Source of the DNA: Rhina ancylostomus
Lineage: Eukaryota
Direction of reading: 5' to 3'
NCBI GenBank assembly: GCA_030265395.1
Contig: JARFYF010000094.1
Location: 61,297,876 to 61,361,875 of the forward strand
DNA length: 64,000 bases
Part shown: positions 37,605 through 51,598 of the stretch, piece after piece
Layout: each line of letters opens with the position of its first letter
Position numbering within the stretch: position 1 is the stretch's first letter
Position numbers and translations under genes: made by a program
Notes under the pieces: generated by a model
What the model saw: the letters and a program-made list of their open reading frames with translations, nothing else
The model's database searches: none
Told to the model about the DNA's origin: nothing

Positions 37605-39686
37605 CTGGGAGGATTAAGAGCAAAGGGTCACAACCCAGCTTCTGTCATTTAAGTTCTGCAGTTTTTATAGTCTGAAAACAGATCCTTTCTGAAATATACT
37701 AAGAAGAAGAAATAGATGAATAGGATTAATTAGATCACTCCTTCAAAAAGCTAGAATGGGCACTATTGGTTAGATGGTCTCTTTTGTACTATAATAGACT
37801 CTGATTAAATCTGAAGCAAAGGCATTATTCAAAATTAAATCAACTGCTGAAAATCCAAATAAAAGACTAAAGATACAGGGAATCTGAAATACTCAGCAGG
37901 CCAGGCTGCATCTGCTGAGAGAGAGAGAGAGACGGTGCTTAAAACATCTTAGTTGTTTTCTCTCTCAATCCTAATGAAAGGTCACTGATCTGAAGTGATA
38001 ACTCTCTGACACTGCTGCCTTACCTGTTGAGTATTTCCAACATTTTCTGCTTTCACATTTACATTTGCAGTATTCTATCTTTGGGTGAAAGGTGAGAAAA
38101 GTGAAGAGAAAGAATGGAGGGAAAGATAAGAGCTGAGAAAGGAACAGAAAGGATGAGCAGAAGTTGCCACAGAGAGAGAGAATGAAGTTTGAGATACTTG
38201 GGTGAAGGAGACAGTCACAATTGCAAGAGGAGTTGATGCATACAACTGAAGGCAGGAAAAAAAATGAGCAAGAGAAGAGGATCAAAATGAGGAGAGAGAA
38301 ACATTATAAAAACTGTTCAATGTCTACATTGAATATTTTGGGAAAGGGATGACTCGTACCACAGTACAACTTGTACATAATGTGTTCATGTAATAAAATT
38401 AGGGTTGGTAGAATTCAACATTTATTTTGAAACACCATAGCCGAGAAATTGGATNNNNNNNNNNNNNNNNNNNNNNNNNNNNNNNNNNNNNNNNNNNNNN
38501 NNNNNNNNNNNNNNNNNNNNNNNNNNNNNNNNNNNNNNNNNNNNNNNNNNNNNNTGAAATTGGATCCATTTGCAAACAATTTTTTCATGTGCAAATCACA
38601 CTTGAAAGTAACCTTACTCAGCTTAGATCATACTAGCGATGATTTCTAGTGAAATCATGTTCTCTGGGAAATTAGCCCTGGCACTTCTATAATTTACTTT
38701 TGTACAGCTGATGTTTACACAGGATCGGTTGCCCAGATAGTGATACCACAACTCGCATACTTTATGTTTCCTCTATTGCCAGCATAAATTGGAGCTTTTG
38801 AGGGCAACCTATAACCTTTGATCACTCACAGAAAAGCTAGATGCATATTATGGGATTAACAATAATATATAAATACTGTTAGCTTTCAGTAAAACATGAC
38901 ATATGTTTTATTCATGGCACCTCAGCTCTTAACAGTCAGGGTACCTAAAATCAGTGATGTTCCCTTTATTGTTCATGTAAGAGCAACAATCTCTGCCCCT
39001 CAATCAACCCACACTTCACAGTGGTGTGGATGCACTTGCAACACGCACCTTGATTGGGGCAGATTATCATTTGGGGAGTGCCCAGACACAGATCACCTTG
39101 TACCCCTATCCCACATTTCATTCATTCTTGTCTCTGACAGCAGCTTTTTACATAGCTTTCCTGTGGCTGCCTTGAGGTGAATACACTGCACCCAGAGATC
39201 AAGCAGTTGGCAATGAGAACCTCTCAGATCCCACTATAGCTCATGGTTCTGTGTACAAACTCCCCTAGCACTGTTTCTAATGCATTTTCAACCAATTTCA
39301 CAGATTTTTGTGGAGGATCCAATAGTGCTATACATAGCTCTCCAATTAACACAACAAAGATTGCAATTTTTAGCTACATTTGTTGATGTATTGTTATGTT
39401 CACGTTTTACTCAATGTCACTTGAAGCAATCAAATCATAAAATGATATAGAATAAACAGGATTTCAAAAATTATTTTTTGTTCTGTTGTTGACGTAAGGC
39501 TTTTAGGGGGAAAATTTAAATGTATTTTAAACTGAAGAAAGGTGTTGTCCTAAAGTTAATATCCCCAAAAGAGGAGAATCTATACTTACACATCAGTGTA
39601 ACTACACACTAGATTAATAGTAAATGCTGATTTTTTTTTTGTTGACGGTTAAAACTTTTTCTAAAAAAAACATTATTGCATTTTAC

Positions 39687-39804
39687 CTGCTGTAACTGAG
39701 TGTGGTCGTATTGTATCAAAGCAGTGAGCAGCAGTCACAACCCAACGACTGTTAATCAAAGTTCCGCCACAGAATCCAAAACCAGCATTATTATGTATCA
39801 ATAC
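39687..39804 (-). CDS. Protease exon with His57 ([39 protein letters not shown])
   Basis: 118 bp, phase 0-1, AG/GT boundaries, TAAHC motif. Confidence 0.96.
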
Positions 39805-40714
39805 CTAAGAACAATAAAAGCAATACCTCAGAACTGTGTTATTGTAAAAGATGGTGTCCAGTTTAGAGCCTTTTGCATTACAGCCGCAAAGGTTAAAGCT
39901 GATTTGCCCTATTTTACATTATGCGGTGTCAGTAAGTAATTGTTTCTTTTGCACAGTGAGACGGTATGAGATAGCCTAAATTAAAGATAATTGCAAAAAA
40001 TGAAAGCAGAGAATATGCAGGGGTCTGGAATAAAGTGTAGATTTCTTAAGCTCAAAACATTGTTGAAAAAAACTTAATTCATACAAATAAAATATTTGAT
40101 AATTGTTTTAAAAGGGAGGAATATTAAAGTAAGCGGAGCATAATATTGAACCAAGTGAATTCTGTCCAAAATTCTTGGCAGGCTCAGTCTTTCTGAACTT
40201 GTATCATTTCATGGCCTAGATTTTTATCCATCATGAAGACTTCACTGACCTAATCAGATATTGTTCTCAGCACAAGACCCATTCTTGGATGACAGCTCAA
40301 TACCACCTAAGTGGCAAAGTTTGGGAAGGCAACCATCAAGTGAAATTTAAAACATGTTTTCCATTCAATCCCAATTTGTCTTGCACAGTTTGTACCTTTT
40401 TAATGAGCTGAACACAAGAATGAGCTTCTTTACACCCCTTGTCCTTTCACTCCTGACCTAAGGAAGATGAGAGACCGTTTTCTGTACTTGTTCTCTTTCC
40501 CCTTAAGAAATTCTCATCCAACCAGTTTGAATTTTATAGGATTCCACCAGAATACCTTCACAAGTTCCACTCTAAAGAGTAAATGGCACATATTCACAGG
40601 GAAGAAGTAGTGTTACAAGAATCCCAAAATCTCTATACATTTCATGAGAACAATGCCGTAAATCTACTGTACAGGACATGGGGAAAACTAATGATGGACA
40701 AAAATAGAAAGATA

Positions 40715-40920
40715 CAAGTCCTCCCCAGGTTACAAACGCCCAACTCATGTACAGTCTGTGCATGCGAACAAGCATTTGGGAGACCGGTGGTATGGATTTA
40801 CCGGCTGCAGGCATCTTCTGCCACCTTGAACTCGGTTTATGGCTGCATCGCTGATGCAAACTGTCTGGGTTACAAAATGTTCACAGGAACAGAAACCTGC
40901 CATAATTTGGGGAGGGCCTG
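40715..40920. mobile_element. Tc1/mariner-Tigger-type MITE
   Basis: Imperfect 18-bp TIRs CAAGTCCTCCCCAGGTTA / TAATTTGGGGAGGGCCTG flanked by TA. Confidence 0.6.
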
Positions 40921-42186
40921 TAAATGTAGGATGGTCAGGAAGTTCTTTGAGCAGTTGGAACTAGACATCTAATACAACGTAACCTCATTGTGAATGTATC
41001 ACCTCATAGCTTGCACTGAAAGTGAACTGACTATAAGACACATTGCACCATTTCCATTAGAGACCATTGAGTTTCAAAGCACCAGTCATCAGCAACTCTG
41101 CAGTGGGTCTCATTTCTTCCTCCTCATAAAAGTGGTAAAGAGGAATGCCAAAGCACAGGAAAGTGTAATCTGGTAGAATGGCTGCTAAGTTATATCATTA
41201 GGCAAAAAAATGTTGGAGAAGTAGGGAAAATCTGGTGTCTGAAAGAAGGGTTCCAGAAAGAATTTAATTGCAAGTAGTCTTTTACTGTTCTCTAACTTAT
41301 CTGCAGCTGCAATGATATGAAGCCAGAGCTGAAGTGTAAAGGCAAGACAGTTAACTGACAAATATACTTCGTGATACATCATCTCAATGTGTATATTATT
41401 GAAAGATGTTTGGGGCACTGAAAATATTACCCTCTGAGAGACGGAGACTGAGAGTGTGTGATACTTGACCTTGTACAATCAAACTTCTTCCATTGAAGTT
41501 AGTTTCATGGTACAATGTTGGCGACATCTCATTGGGGAACTTTCATCCAGATCAGATCCCCCTTCTCTACCACTTCCATTCCAACTTCCGTGGCCTTAGC
41601 TTAAAAATAAGTCTAGAGAATCCAGATGCATGGCACCCCTTCCTTCACTGATGGGCCTAATCACTTTCATGGAGGATCAAACATCATTGTCCCCTCTTGG
41701 AACAATCATGCTTTCAGGGCATTGCCACTTAATGAGAAAGGGGTGGGGGTGCTTCTGAAGCGGGTGCCAGTTCAGTGCTGGGGATCAGCAAATCTCACTC
41801 TAATTTGCCTTCACAGGTCATATGTCTTCCCCACGCCCCCCCCCATACTGTGCTGACCCCATCCCTCTCCCAGACATCCCAATGACCCCTCCCAACCCTG
41901 AACTCTGGACACCCCACCAGCCCCAACCAAGCTCAATTTCCAGACACCAACCCTGGACCTCGTGCTGAAGAATTATACAGCAGTAGACCGATGGCAGAGG
42001 TGGTTATTGGTGTTCTTTGAGTGCCAATTTTAGGAAAACATATAATTTAAGTTTCATAAATATTGCAAACCATAACCAGACTTCACATGTTCCAATTCCA
42101 TCTCCACAACGTGGTGCGATTAAACATACTTCAACAGCTTAAGGACTTATGAACCAAATGTGTGAGCACAGCTTTATATGCCTTAC

Positions 42187-42374
42187 CTGCCAAGGACAAA
42201 GGCCTCGTCTGCAAAGGTTTCCACCAATAATTCGTATCCGAGCTTCTGATTCACTGTAATTTAACTTTGTTAGGTAATCAAAGTCTGTATCCGTGTCATT
42301 GAGGGAATATTCTGCCTCATTGAATGCACGAGTTCGTGATCCATACAGAGGTAACCTCCCACATGGGTATTCCT
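42187..42374 (-). CDS. Activation-region exon (EYPCGR...SRTR/AF...ARIR/IIGGNLCRRGLCPWQ)
   Basis: 188 bp, phase 1-0, YPCG interchain cysteine and R-IIGG activation site. Confidence 0.96.
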
Positions 42375-44479
42375 CTGGAGTTAAAGAGAGGAAAGTAACA
42401 AATTCAATGGACTTTGAAGGATGCACAGAGAAACTAATCGGTTAAGTATTATCTAGAAGGTTAATCTAAATAAATGAGCAGAGGTGGATTCGCATTTGAT
42501 AAACTGCAAGTGGCTGAAGATCAAGATTTCTCACAGCCGACCATATGGAAGCAATGAGCCACAAGGAGGAAATTCCACTGCAGCATTAAGTGTCTGACTA
42601 ACAACTGGCATAAACTAGGGGATGTGCTTCCTGAATTTGTTTTTTCCAATTTTCAGAAGTTCAGGAACTGTCATATTCATGAAGTATCATCTTTGGTTAA
42701 TCATATGTGCTGTGAGCTTACAGCCACATCAAGGTTAGAACGACTCATTACAGTATATCGTCCCTGCTTTAAAATGGCAATTTGACATCCTTAGATTTTC
42801 AACCCCCATCATTTTCTTGCGAGACCTTCTTTACCTTCTTCTAACATTAAGAGTTACATCAATTTGTATCTGGTTCTAGATCAATGTGGTCTGCACCTTA
42901 ACAGGATGGGCTGTTTCCCTGGAAGCAATGTAATCTATGTTCCACTTTGTCTCCATCCTAGCATGTCCATGTCGTCTAGAAATTGGATTTCACTTTTGTT
43001 GCTCTAAATGGATATTAGGTTTTTTTCCTGATGGCAAATCAGGGGTCACCAAACTAAAAGTGAGAAATTGCGATATCATCACTCTTGTGGTTTTCTCCCA
43101 TTTACAACCAGTAGAACACAACTTGGATACTCACAGTTGGCAGCTACCACAGATGAGGGAAAGCGTAGAGGGAGTGGAGAAATAGACAGGAAGGAAAAGA
43201 GAAGGGGCAGTTCGAGGGGGGGGGGAAAAGGCTAACAAATGTGATGAGCACCCCATGCTATATAACAGCCCAATCAATCTCCAATCAGGCCATTGTCATA
43301 GTGGCCATATTATGATCATAGATGCAAGTACCTTGCAACAAGGTACACAAGCACTGAAATCTCTATTAGTGATGCCTGCCTCCAAAATGGCAGCACATGG
43401 AAATCAATGTGGAGTCTCAGTACTGATAAAATTGATGTCCCAGTGGGGACCCTTTAAATCGCATACAGTTCCTAACATGCTATGTGGTTTGCTCCTTGTT
43501 TTACAAGTGAGAAACGAAGATCATGGGTCATGACCTTTTATATAATTTCTGCCACGCATGTTGATGGTGATATTATATGCACAAAATACAATGTAAAATG
43601 GCATGTGTGCTTAGGTGAATTAGATAGTGCCTGGTCCAATTTTGCAATGAATGAGACTTCTAGAAAACTGCAAACAATACTTTTGATGCATGATTTGCAC
43701 ATAGAACTTGTAGATATTTACCATAATCCAATTTCTAGGCAAGAATTTCTTAACCAAAAGTTGACATCCAAGTCCCAACATTGGCTTCTTAAAGGTTAAT
43801 TTGGACACTTGGCTAAGATGCTGATAATGGCTTTGAATCAATTGTAACTTTGTGTGCAAGTTACTGGACAACATCAAAGGCTTGAGATATTGTTCTGGAG
43901 ACACCACTTTCAATCTCACCATGGAATTTAAATAAATGGAATTAAATAAATTTGAAANNNNNNNNNNNNNNNNNNNNNNNNNNNNNNNNNNNNNNNNNNN
44001 NNNNNNNNNNNNNNNNNNNNNNNNNNNNNNNNNNNNNNNNNNNNNNNNNNNNNNNNNNNNNNNNNNNNNNNNNNNNNNNNNNNNNNNNNNNNNNNNNNNN
44101 NNNNNNNNNNNNNNNNNNNNNNNNNNNNNNNNNNNNNNNNNNNNNNNNNNNNNNNNNNNNNNNNNNNNNNNNNNNNNNNNNNNNNNNNNNNNNNNNNNNN
44201 NNNNNNNNNNNNNNNNNNNNNNNNNNNNNNNNNNNNNNNNNNNNNNNNNNNNNNNNNNNNNNNNNNNNNNNNNNNNNNNNNNNNNNNNNNNNNNNNNNNN
44301 NNNNNNNNNNNNNNNNNNNNNNNNNNNNNNNNNNNNNNNNNNNNNNNNNNNNNNNNNNNNNNNNNNNNNNNNNNNNNNNNNNNNNNNNNNNNNNNNNNNN
44401 NNNNNNNNNNNNNNNNNNNNNNNNNNNNNNNNNNNNNNNNNNNNNNNNNNNNNNNNCAGCATGGAATCCATGTGCTGGA

Positions 44480-45050
44480 CAACAAGGCATTAAAGGAGCC
44501 AAATGAGGGCCAGAACTCAGAACCATGACAGCATGACAAATGACATAAAATTTACTATAAGTTGCAAAAATAAATAAATAGTGCAAAAGGGGAATAACGA
44601 GACAGTGTTCATGGGGTTCATGGACCATTCAGAAATCTGATGGCGAAGGGGAAGAAGCTGTTCCTGGAACACTGAGTGTGAGTCTCCAGGCTCCTGTACC
44701 TCCTCCCTGATGGTAGTAATGAGAAGAGAGCATGTCCTGGGTGGTGAGGTTCCTTAATATTGGATGCTGCCTTCTTGAGGCACCGCCTCTCAAAGATGTC
44801 CTCGATGGCAGGAAGAGTTGTCTCTGTGATGGAGCTGGCTGAGACTGCAACCCTCTGCAGCCTCTTTCAATCCTGCACATTGGAGCCTCCGTACCAGGTG
44901 GTGATACAACCAGTTAGAATGCTCTCTACCATACATCTATAGAAATTTGCAAGTCTTTGGTGACATACCAAATGTCCCCAAAGTCCTAAAGAAGTAGAGC
45001 TGCTGGCTTGCCTTCTTCATGATTGCTTCAATGTGTTGGGCCCAAGACAG
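44480..45050 (-). mobile_element. Rex1/Babar-type LINE 3' fragment
   Basis: Homologous to 4757-5223 and extends through NSFFP-like end and tail. Confidence 0.72.
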
Positions 45051-47030
45051 GGTGAAACTGACAATGGTAAAGAATGCAGAGCGTAGTAATGGATGACTCT
45101 TCTTTCAGACTAAAGGGAAGTGTGCAGTGGTACCTCTGAGGGGCTAATTTTAGAACCACTGCTCTTTTTTTGACATATTGACTTCAGCATTCAGGACAGA
45201 ATTTAAAAATCTGTTGATAACACAAAACCTGGAGATGGAGGAAACTGAAAAGGTTAGTAACAGGTGCAAGGAGAACATGGATAGACTTGTGAAACAACCT
45301 GATACATGGCAAATTAGCTTTAATGCACAAAAGTGTAAAATGCTACATTTTGAGGCAATATAAACCAAATGGTATAACTTTAAAGAGGGTATGCAAACAG
45401 TCAGATGGGGGTGAAGGTGGCAATATAAGTTGAGAAGGTTTCACAGAAGCACAGAGCACAAAACATTGTGTTAAACTTTCTTGGATAATCTTATAAACCA
45501 TTTGGAGTATTTATGCTAACTGCTAGGCACTGCAATTTAGAAAGGATGTCAAGGCCTTAGAACATAGATAGAATGGTACTAAGGATGTACAAATTTGTTT
45601 CTTGTAGAGAAGAAGGAAGCTGCAGTTATTTTACTTGAAGCAAAAAAGGCTGAGGAGATTTAATGGTATGGTGCCTGAACTGCAGAGAATTTTCAGCATC
45701 TTGTTTTTATTTCAGATTTCCAGTATCTGCAGGTTTTTTTAAAATTTTTCATTTAGTGAAGACTTGAATATCACCAAACTTCATTCTTTTTTAAATATGA
45801 TCCAATATGACACCAGATTTCTGTGACACCTTGCAACACTACAGACACTGTTGCATGAACCGTCGAATTAATTAATTATTTTTTAAAAAGATGGGCCATG
45901 GCAGTGGGTAAAAGAGCAGGAAAAGGTGTATGAATTTCATTAGTGTGTCCCTCCTGGTGCATGACAACACCAGCAATGCACTGAAGTTCCCTTGTGACTC
46001 CTCCACTTATGGCATTGAGATCACAATAAGCCATACCATGCACAATGACCTGGAAAATCTCACTGCTTATGCATTGCCCAATAAAAAAAGTGATAGGAAT
46101 GATGCCTAGATAGAAGAGGAAACATTGGAAAAAAAAACACACTCCCACTTGCTCTCCTGCATTCTTGCTCTCGATCCTTCTCTTTCAGAGCAAATGGCAG
46201 CTGGAGGGAGAACTGTGAAGTTCCATGTTATGGACTGGTTGCTGTTGTCTTTGCTCTGTCCTGCCAGTGAGGACTTGAAAGAGTGGGTCCAAGAATCTGA
46301 GCTGGATAGAGCAGTGTCCATCCTCTCGGTTCAATAGCTGGATGGTGTTGGGGAATTGGGGATTCTGAAGATCTAATCTGGAAAGTGGGGAGGGTTAGGG
46401 TGGGGAGTATCCGAGAGCTGAAAGGACCAACCATGAGTTAGTGATTTCACAGGTCATTAAAATGCTTGGTCACTATCAGCATCTGCATTATCAACAATCC
46501 TCTGAACTCCATATTTTTGCTGGTTAGGTTGCAGATGCACAAGGTAGATATTGCATTATGGACACTTTACAGCTTTAATGTTTGTTGTGAAGTCATTGTA
46601 TATTTCAAGTTATATTTTTTGAAAACTGATTTCTCTTTCATGAGTAATTACTTGAACAGCATTATTATCCATCATTCTGAAATGTCCTGCACAATTTCTA
46701 TCTTAACAAACATAAAACCCCATAAAAAGTATAATATTCACAGGTATGTGTATTTGACTGTGGTCATCTGGCACAAACAGTGGAGCTATCACCTCTAACT
46801 ATCTTCTTTGTGCTTTTGCATGGAGTCTAATGTGCATCCACCAATTCACTGGTGATGTGAGGTGCTGACCCTCTTGCCTAGATGTTGAATAGTAAAAGTT
46901 TCCACAACCCATATGAAAGAAATAGAAAGCAATAAGCCAAATAAACATGCATGCTCACGTGTATCCTGCACAACCAGTGACACACATGAGGAGGGTAAGT
47001 CGGGGCACATTATCAGAAGCAACCACCAAC

Positions 47031-47144
47031 CTGTTTCACAATGCTCTCCTTTCCACAGGGGAGGGCAGAGACAGATATATCTATAGCTGTCGAGTTTACA
47101 CAAACCACCATTCAGGCATGGATTGGATTTACAAGGATCCAAAT
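47031..47144 (-). CDS. EGF1 exon (NLDPCKSNPCLNGGLCKLDSYRYICLCPPLWKGEHCET)
   Basis: 114 bp, phase 1-1, six EGF cysteines. Confidence 0.95.
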
Positions 47145-47224
47145 CTGGGTATGACAGAGATAAAAGCATTCAGAGAAACATTTGAAGAATATGTTCATCA
47201 GGAATTGGCAATGTGATTTAACAG

Positions 47225-47575
47225 ATCTTATAGACTCACACAGTATGGAAACAGACCCAACGAGTCCAAACTGACTAGACTATCAACAACACATTAACAC
47301 TTTCCTACATTAATCCCATTTATTATTCTTTTCCCCGCATTCTCATCAACTCCCCCAAGATTCGACTACTTACATACACACTAGGGACAATTTACAGTGG
47401 ACAATTAATCTGGCAACCCGGATGTGGGAGGAAACTGGAGCACCCAGAGGAAACCCACGTGGTCGCAGGGATAATGTGCGAACTCCACGCAGACAGTACC
47501 TGAAGTTAGGATTGAACCCGGGTCTCTGGCACCATGAGGCAGTAGCTCTACTAGCTGCACCACTGTGCTGCCCTC
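47225..47575 (-). mobile_element. tRNA-derived V-SINE
   Basis: A/B boxes (gtggtgcagc, ggttcaatcc) and core gtgggtttcctctgggtgctccagtttcctcccaca. Confidence 0.85.
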
Positions 47576-48237
47576 TTGTAGAATAGTAATCTCCCAGGAT
47601 TCTGGATAATGGAATTTGGCTTGAGAAGAATTAAATAAATGTCCCTTGGTTTGACCTGCTTTCACTAAATTCCTCTCATTCCTGCAAGAAATTTGATTCC
47701 TTTCCTCCAACCACATCACAATTTTGCTATGTTGATTCTTAATTTGTATCTTCTAGTGCTACAAATAGTGTGCGACTACTTCACATTCAAAAATCACAAG
47801 AATTGTTTTCCCATTGAATAACTATCAATACAAATTTTGTAACTTCAGTGAAGGCTGCAATCAAAATAGATTGTCTGAAGCATTAATTGTTTAACAGGTG
47901 AAGGTCAATATATTGAGATTCAGGCATCTTTGTTATTATGAAATCTTATACCACAATGATGATTAACTGCTTGGTGTATTTATGAAAGATGTAGCCATTA
48001 GCTTCTGTTCCTGTACAGCTGCCCAAGAGACTCCATGCATCCTTGATGGATATTAAAGTCTCTGCTGTGGCTATAGGTTTGATTGCCAGCAATGTCTGAT
48101 ACATGTGGTAACTAGGCAGGAGCACTAATTGGTGATAATCTCTTTCGTGGACAGCTTTATGATCCTAAATCTCACAGAATATAGGAAAGAGTACATCGGA
48201 AATGAATCATCATTCCAAGTGATACAACATCACTTAC

Positions 48238-48262
48238 TTTTGTAGGAAAACCAAAACTCCAT
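48238..48262 (-). CDS. Aromatic-stack mini-exon (MEFWFSYK)
   Basis: 25-bp exon typical of F7/F9/F10/PROC; FWxxY motif; aacag/gtaagt boundaries. Confidence 0.93.
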
Positions 48263-48649
48263 CTGTTGAAACAAAGAAAAATGTTAAGGTTCTATTTATA
48301 GGAGTTGTTAACCAGCCATCACTTCATTCACCTCAGATGAAGCTTTTAACTTCAACTATTACATCCTGCTAATGTTCTCAGCCATGTGGCAACTGAAGTG
48401 GCCACCAATTTCAGTTTATTAATCCTGTTAAAATGAGTTTTACTACCATGGGTTTGATCATGTGAATTGCTACATGAAATTAAGAAAATTTTTTCATGGA
48501 ACTACCTGTGATTTCCACTCCTGACATGTGTTTGAAAATTCAAAAGTAGGATAGATGCCACTATAAACAAATAAAAAATGCGGGTGGGAGGTGTAGCTGG
48601 TGACAGAATTAGCAAAGGGTTAACTGAATTCATTCAAAATAAGTTGGAG

Positions 48650-51420
48650 ATTAATGATTTGGTAAAAGTTAGTAGAGTGGGCCAGGAAAGGAAAAGCTTA
48701 ACGATGGTTATCTGGCATTAATGATTAATGTACCATCAGTGAAATGTGGAAAATGGTTAAAAACAAGTGCGTTAGGTCTGAATGTGTGAAACTTATACCA
48801 CAAGATAGATGAATTAATACTACAGGCAGAAATAGTCATGATAACGTGACCAGAGTTGAGAAATAAATATTCCCAAGAAAAGGGAAACAAAATGGAAAAG
48901 GAAAGGTGGGATGGAATTATCCTGATAATAAAGGATAGGGATGAAAGATAGTGTGCGAGACAAGAAAATCATGAAGTAGAATCAGTTTGGTAGAGCTAAG
49001 AATGATTGCTGAGTGGTGGAGTCGGCTTGAGAGGCTGAGTGACCTACTCCTGCTCTGAATTTTGATATTTCCATGTTTTGAAGGATGTGTTTATAGTGCC
49101 ATAACTGTATTTGGACTTTTGAACAGAGTGAATAGTAGGAAATTTGAGATGTGCACAACAGAGGTAATATGGTAGATAGTGGGTCTTTAATTTTCATAGA
49201 CACTGAACCAACCAAAGTTGCAGTGATGCAATGATGATGGGTTTATTATGTGCATTTAAGATAGATTTTAAAATTAGCTTGTCAAGGAAATAACAGGATT
49301 ACAGGCAATTTTAGATTTAGCATTGCACAATGAGTCAGGGATAATTCATAACGTTGTAATAAATAAATCTTCAGAAAGAAGCAATCATAACATGATATAA
49401 TTGCAGATTGAGCTTAAGAGCGTTTTAGTTGAAGTTAAAACCAAGAACTTAAAATTTAAACAGAGTAGCCAAGGAGTCATATAGCATGGAAATAGGCATT
49501 TTGGCCTATTGAGTCCTAGCCAACCATTAAGCACCATTTATTCTACCCAAGTTACTGGAGTTGAGAGGGAATAAGCTTCACTAGCTGCGTCACCCCAGGA
49601 AGGGATGAAAGGCATTTGCTAAGGTGTTTTGGGAAACTAAACTAAAATATATGATGGTACATAAGCAATGGCAAACATCAAAGTCAATAATTTATACTTC
49701 ACTATAAATGTATAATCCCCAAGACGATCAAAAACCCCTTGAGAAAGACAAGTCCAACCTCTAGATTGGTTAAAGACTGTATTAAATTAAAAGCTTAACA
49801 AGTTCCCAAAAGAGTAACAAGCCTAGTGAGTGAACATTTTAGAATTCAGCAAATGATGACTGATGTGGAGAGAGAGAAAAAAAGAACATGCAAGCCAGAA
49901 TGAAGGTAAAGTCAAAAGATTTAAAATCTTCCGTAGCACAAAAAATATTAGCAAATGTAAATGTATGCTCATGGCAGGCAGAGAAATTTTTGACAGTCTT
50001 AGAGATATACAGCATAGAAATAGGCCATTCAGCCCACCATGCTCCTGCTGTCCTTCAAGTACCAACTATGTTAATCCCATTTACTAGCACTTGGTCTGCA
50101 GCCTCTATGCCCTGGTGATTCAAGTTCTGAAGTCATATCAAGGGTCTCGTGAGAGTGATGACCTTAAAGATATGAGTTCTAATAAAGAAAAGGTATTGGA
50201 CAGATAAATGGGAGTAAAAAATAACAGAACCCCTTGACCTGATGGCCAACATTCTTGGGCATTTTAACAATACCTTTTACAGAGATAGGAAATACATTGG
50301 TTTTCATTTTCTAGAATTCTTTAGGTCATCATAGATTAAAAGGGAGCAGATGTAACCTAGTTATTTATGAAAGAAGGGAGATAGAAACTAGAACTCTGAG
50401 ACAGTTGGTTTAACATCAAGTATAAAAACATGAACAGAAGAACCTAAGAAATGGGAGAAGGAATATGCCATCTGCGCCACTATTTATCAAGGTCATGTCT
50501 GATTGTCTACCTCAGCACAATTTTCCTGCACTATTCTCATATCCCTTGATGCCACTAACATCCAGAAATTTCAACTTCTGTTTGAATGAATTTAATGACT
50601 GCCTCTCCACGGCCCTCTGAGGTAAAGAATTCTAAATATTAATCATCCTCTGAGTGAAGAAATTTCTTCTCATTTCAGTCTTAGTTGTAAAATGCTACAA
50701 TTGTGGAATGTGGTAAAAAGGCAGTCAAAAATTATAATATGATTAAACAAAGTCTGTATGAATTTATGAAAGGAAATTCACATCCGGCAACTCTAACCAA
50801 GTTTCTTGGATTGTAACTAATGGGGTAGTTATAGTAATCAGTGAATGTTGGGTAATAGCTCAGTAGGTTGCCACTCAAAAGGTGAATACACAAACCCAGG
50901 ACTTAAATGGGTCACTTAAGAGAAGAGAGAGAATGGAAGTAATTGGGTTAATTTTGGCTTGGAATATTATAGTGCTGCAAGAATTGGTATTTGAGCCAAT
51001 ATCTTTATCAATGATATGGATGTGGGGTCTGAAAGTAGTGTACCCAGATTTATGAATGATACAAAACCTTTGGAAAAGTAACTTATGAAGAGCTTGTAAA
51101 GATCTACAAAGGAATTTGGACAGGTTAATTAAGTAGGCATGAACATAACAGGGTGACTACAATGTGGAGAAGTTACCTATCTTAGTAGGGAAAATAGAGA
51201 GGCGGGATATTTTGCTTAAAGGATGAGGGATCTGGTATTCAGATGGTGTCAAATGATGGTATTCAGATCAGAGGGATTTGGTGTCATTATCCATCAATTG
51301 CAGAATGTTGGCATGTGGATGTAGCAAGCAATGAGGGTAGAAAATTGTATGTTTGCCTTTATTAAAAAGCATTTGGTGTGCATGAGTAAGAAAACATTTC
51401 TGAAATTATTTTAGGGACTT
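48650..51420 (+). mobile_element. Old fragmented CR1-like LINE with nested short insertions
   Basis: Scattered endonuclease/RT remnants, e.g. tttatcaatgatatggat...tttatgaatgatacaaaa (FINDL/FADDTK-like). Confidence 0.5.
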
Positions 51421-51598
51421 GGAGTGCATATCTTTATCCTGAAAAGCTCATTTGATATACACAATTATATCTTAAGTTAGACTTGCACATATAAACATAC
51501 AAAATGCATGCCTACAGAAGACACAGACATATACATATACAAAATAGGCATGTACACATGCCCACATATCCATATGCATTTATCATAGCACAGCTTAC

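Noticed and set aside
43620-44628. Long ORFs crossing N runs (also 25934-26681, 55224-55616, 57859-58581)
   Set aside because: Artefacts of translating gaps
47490-47575. tRNA-like A/B box sequences (also near 55755, 59405, 63690)
   Set aside because: Heads of V-SINEs rather than tRNA genes
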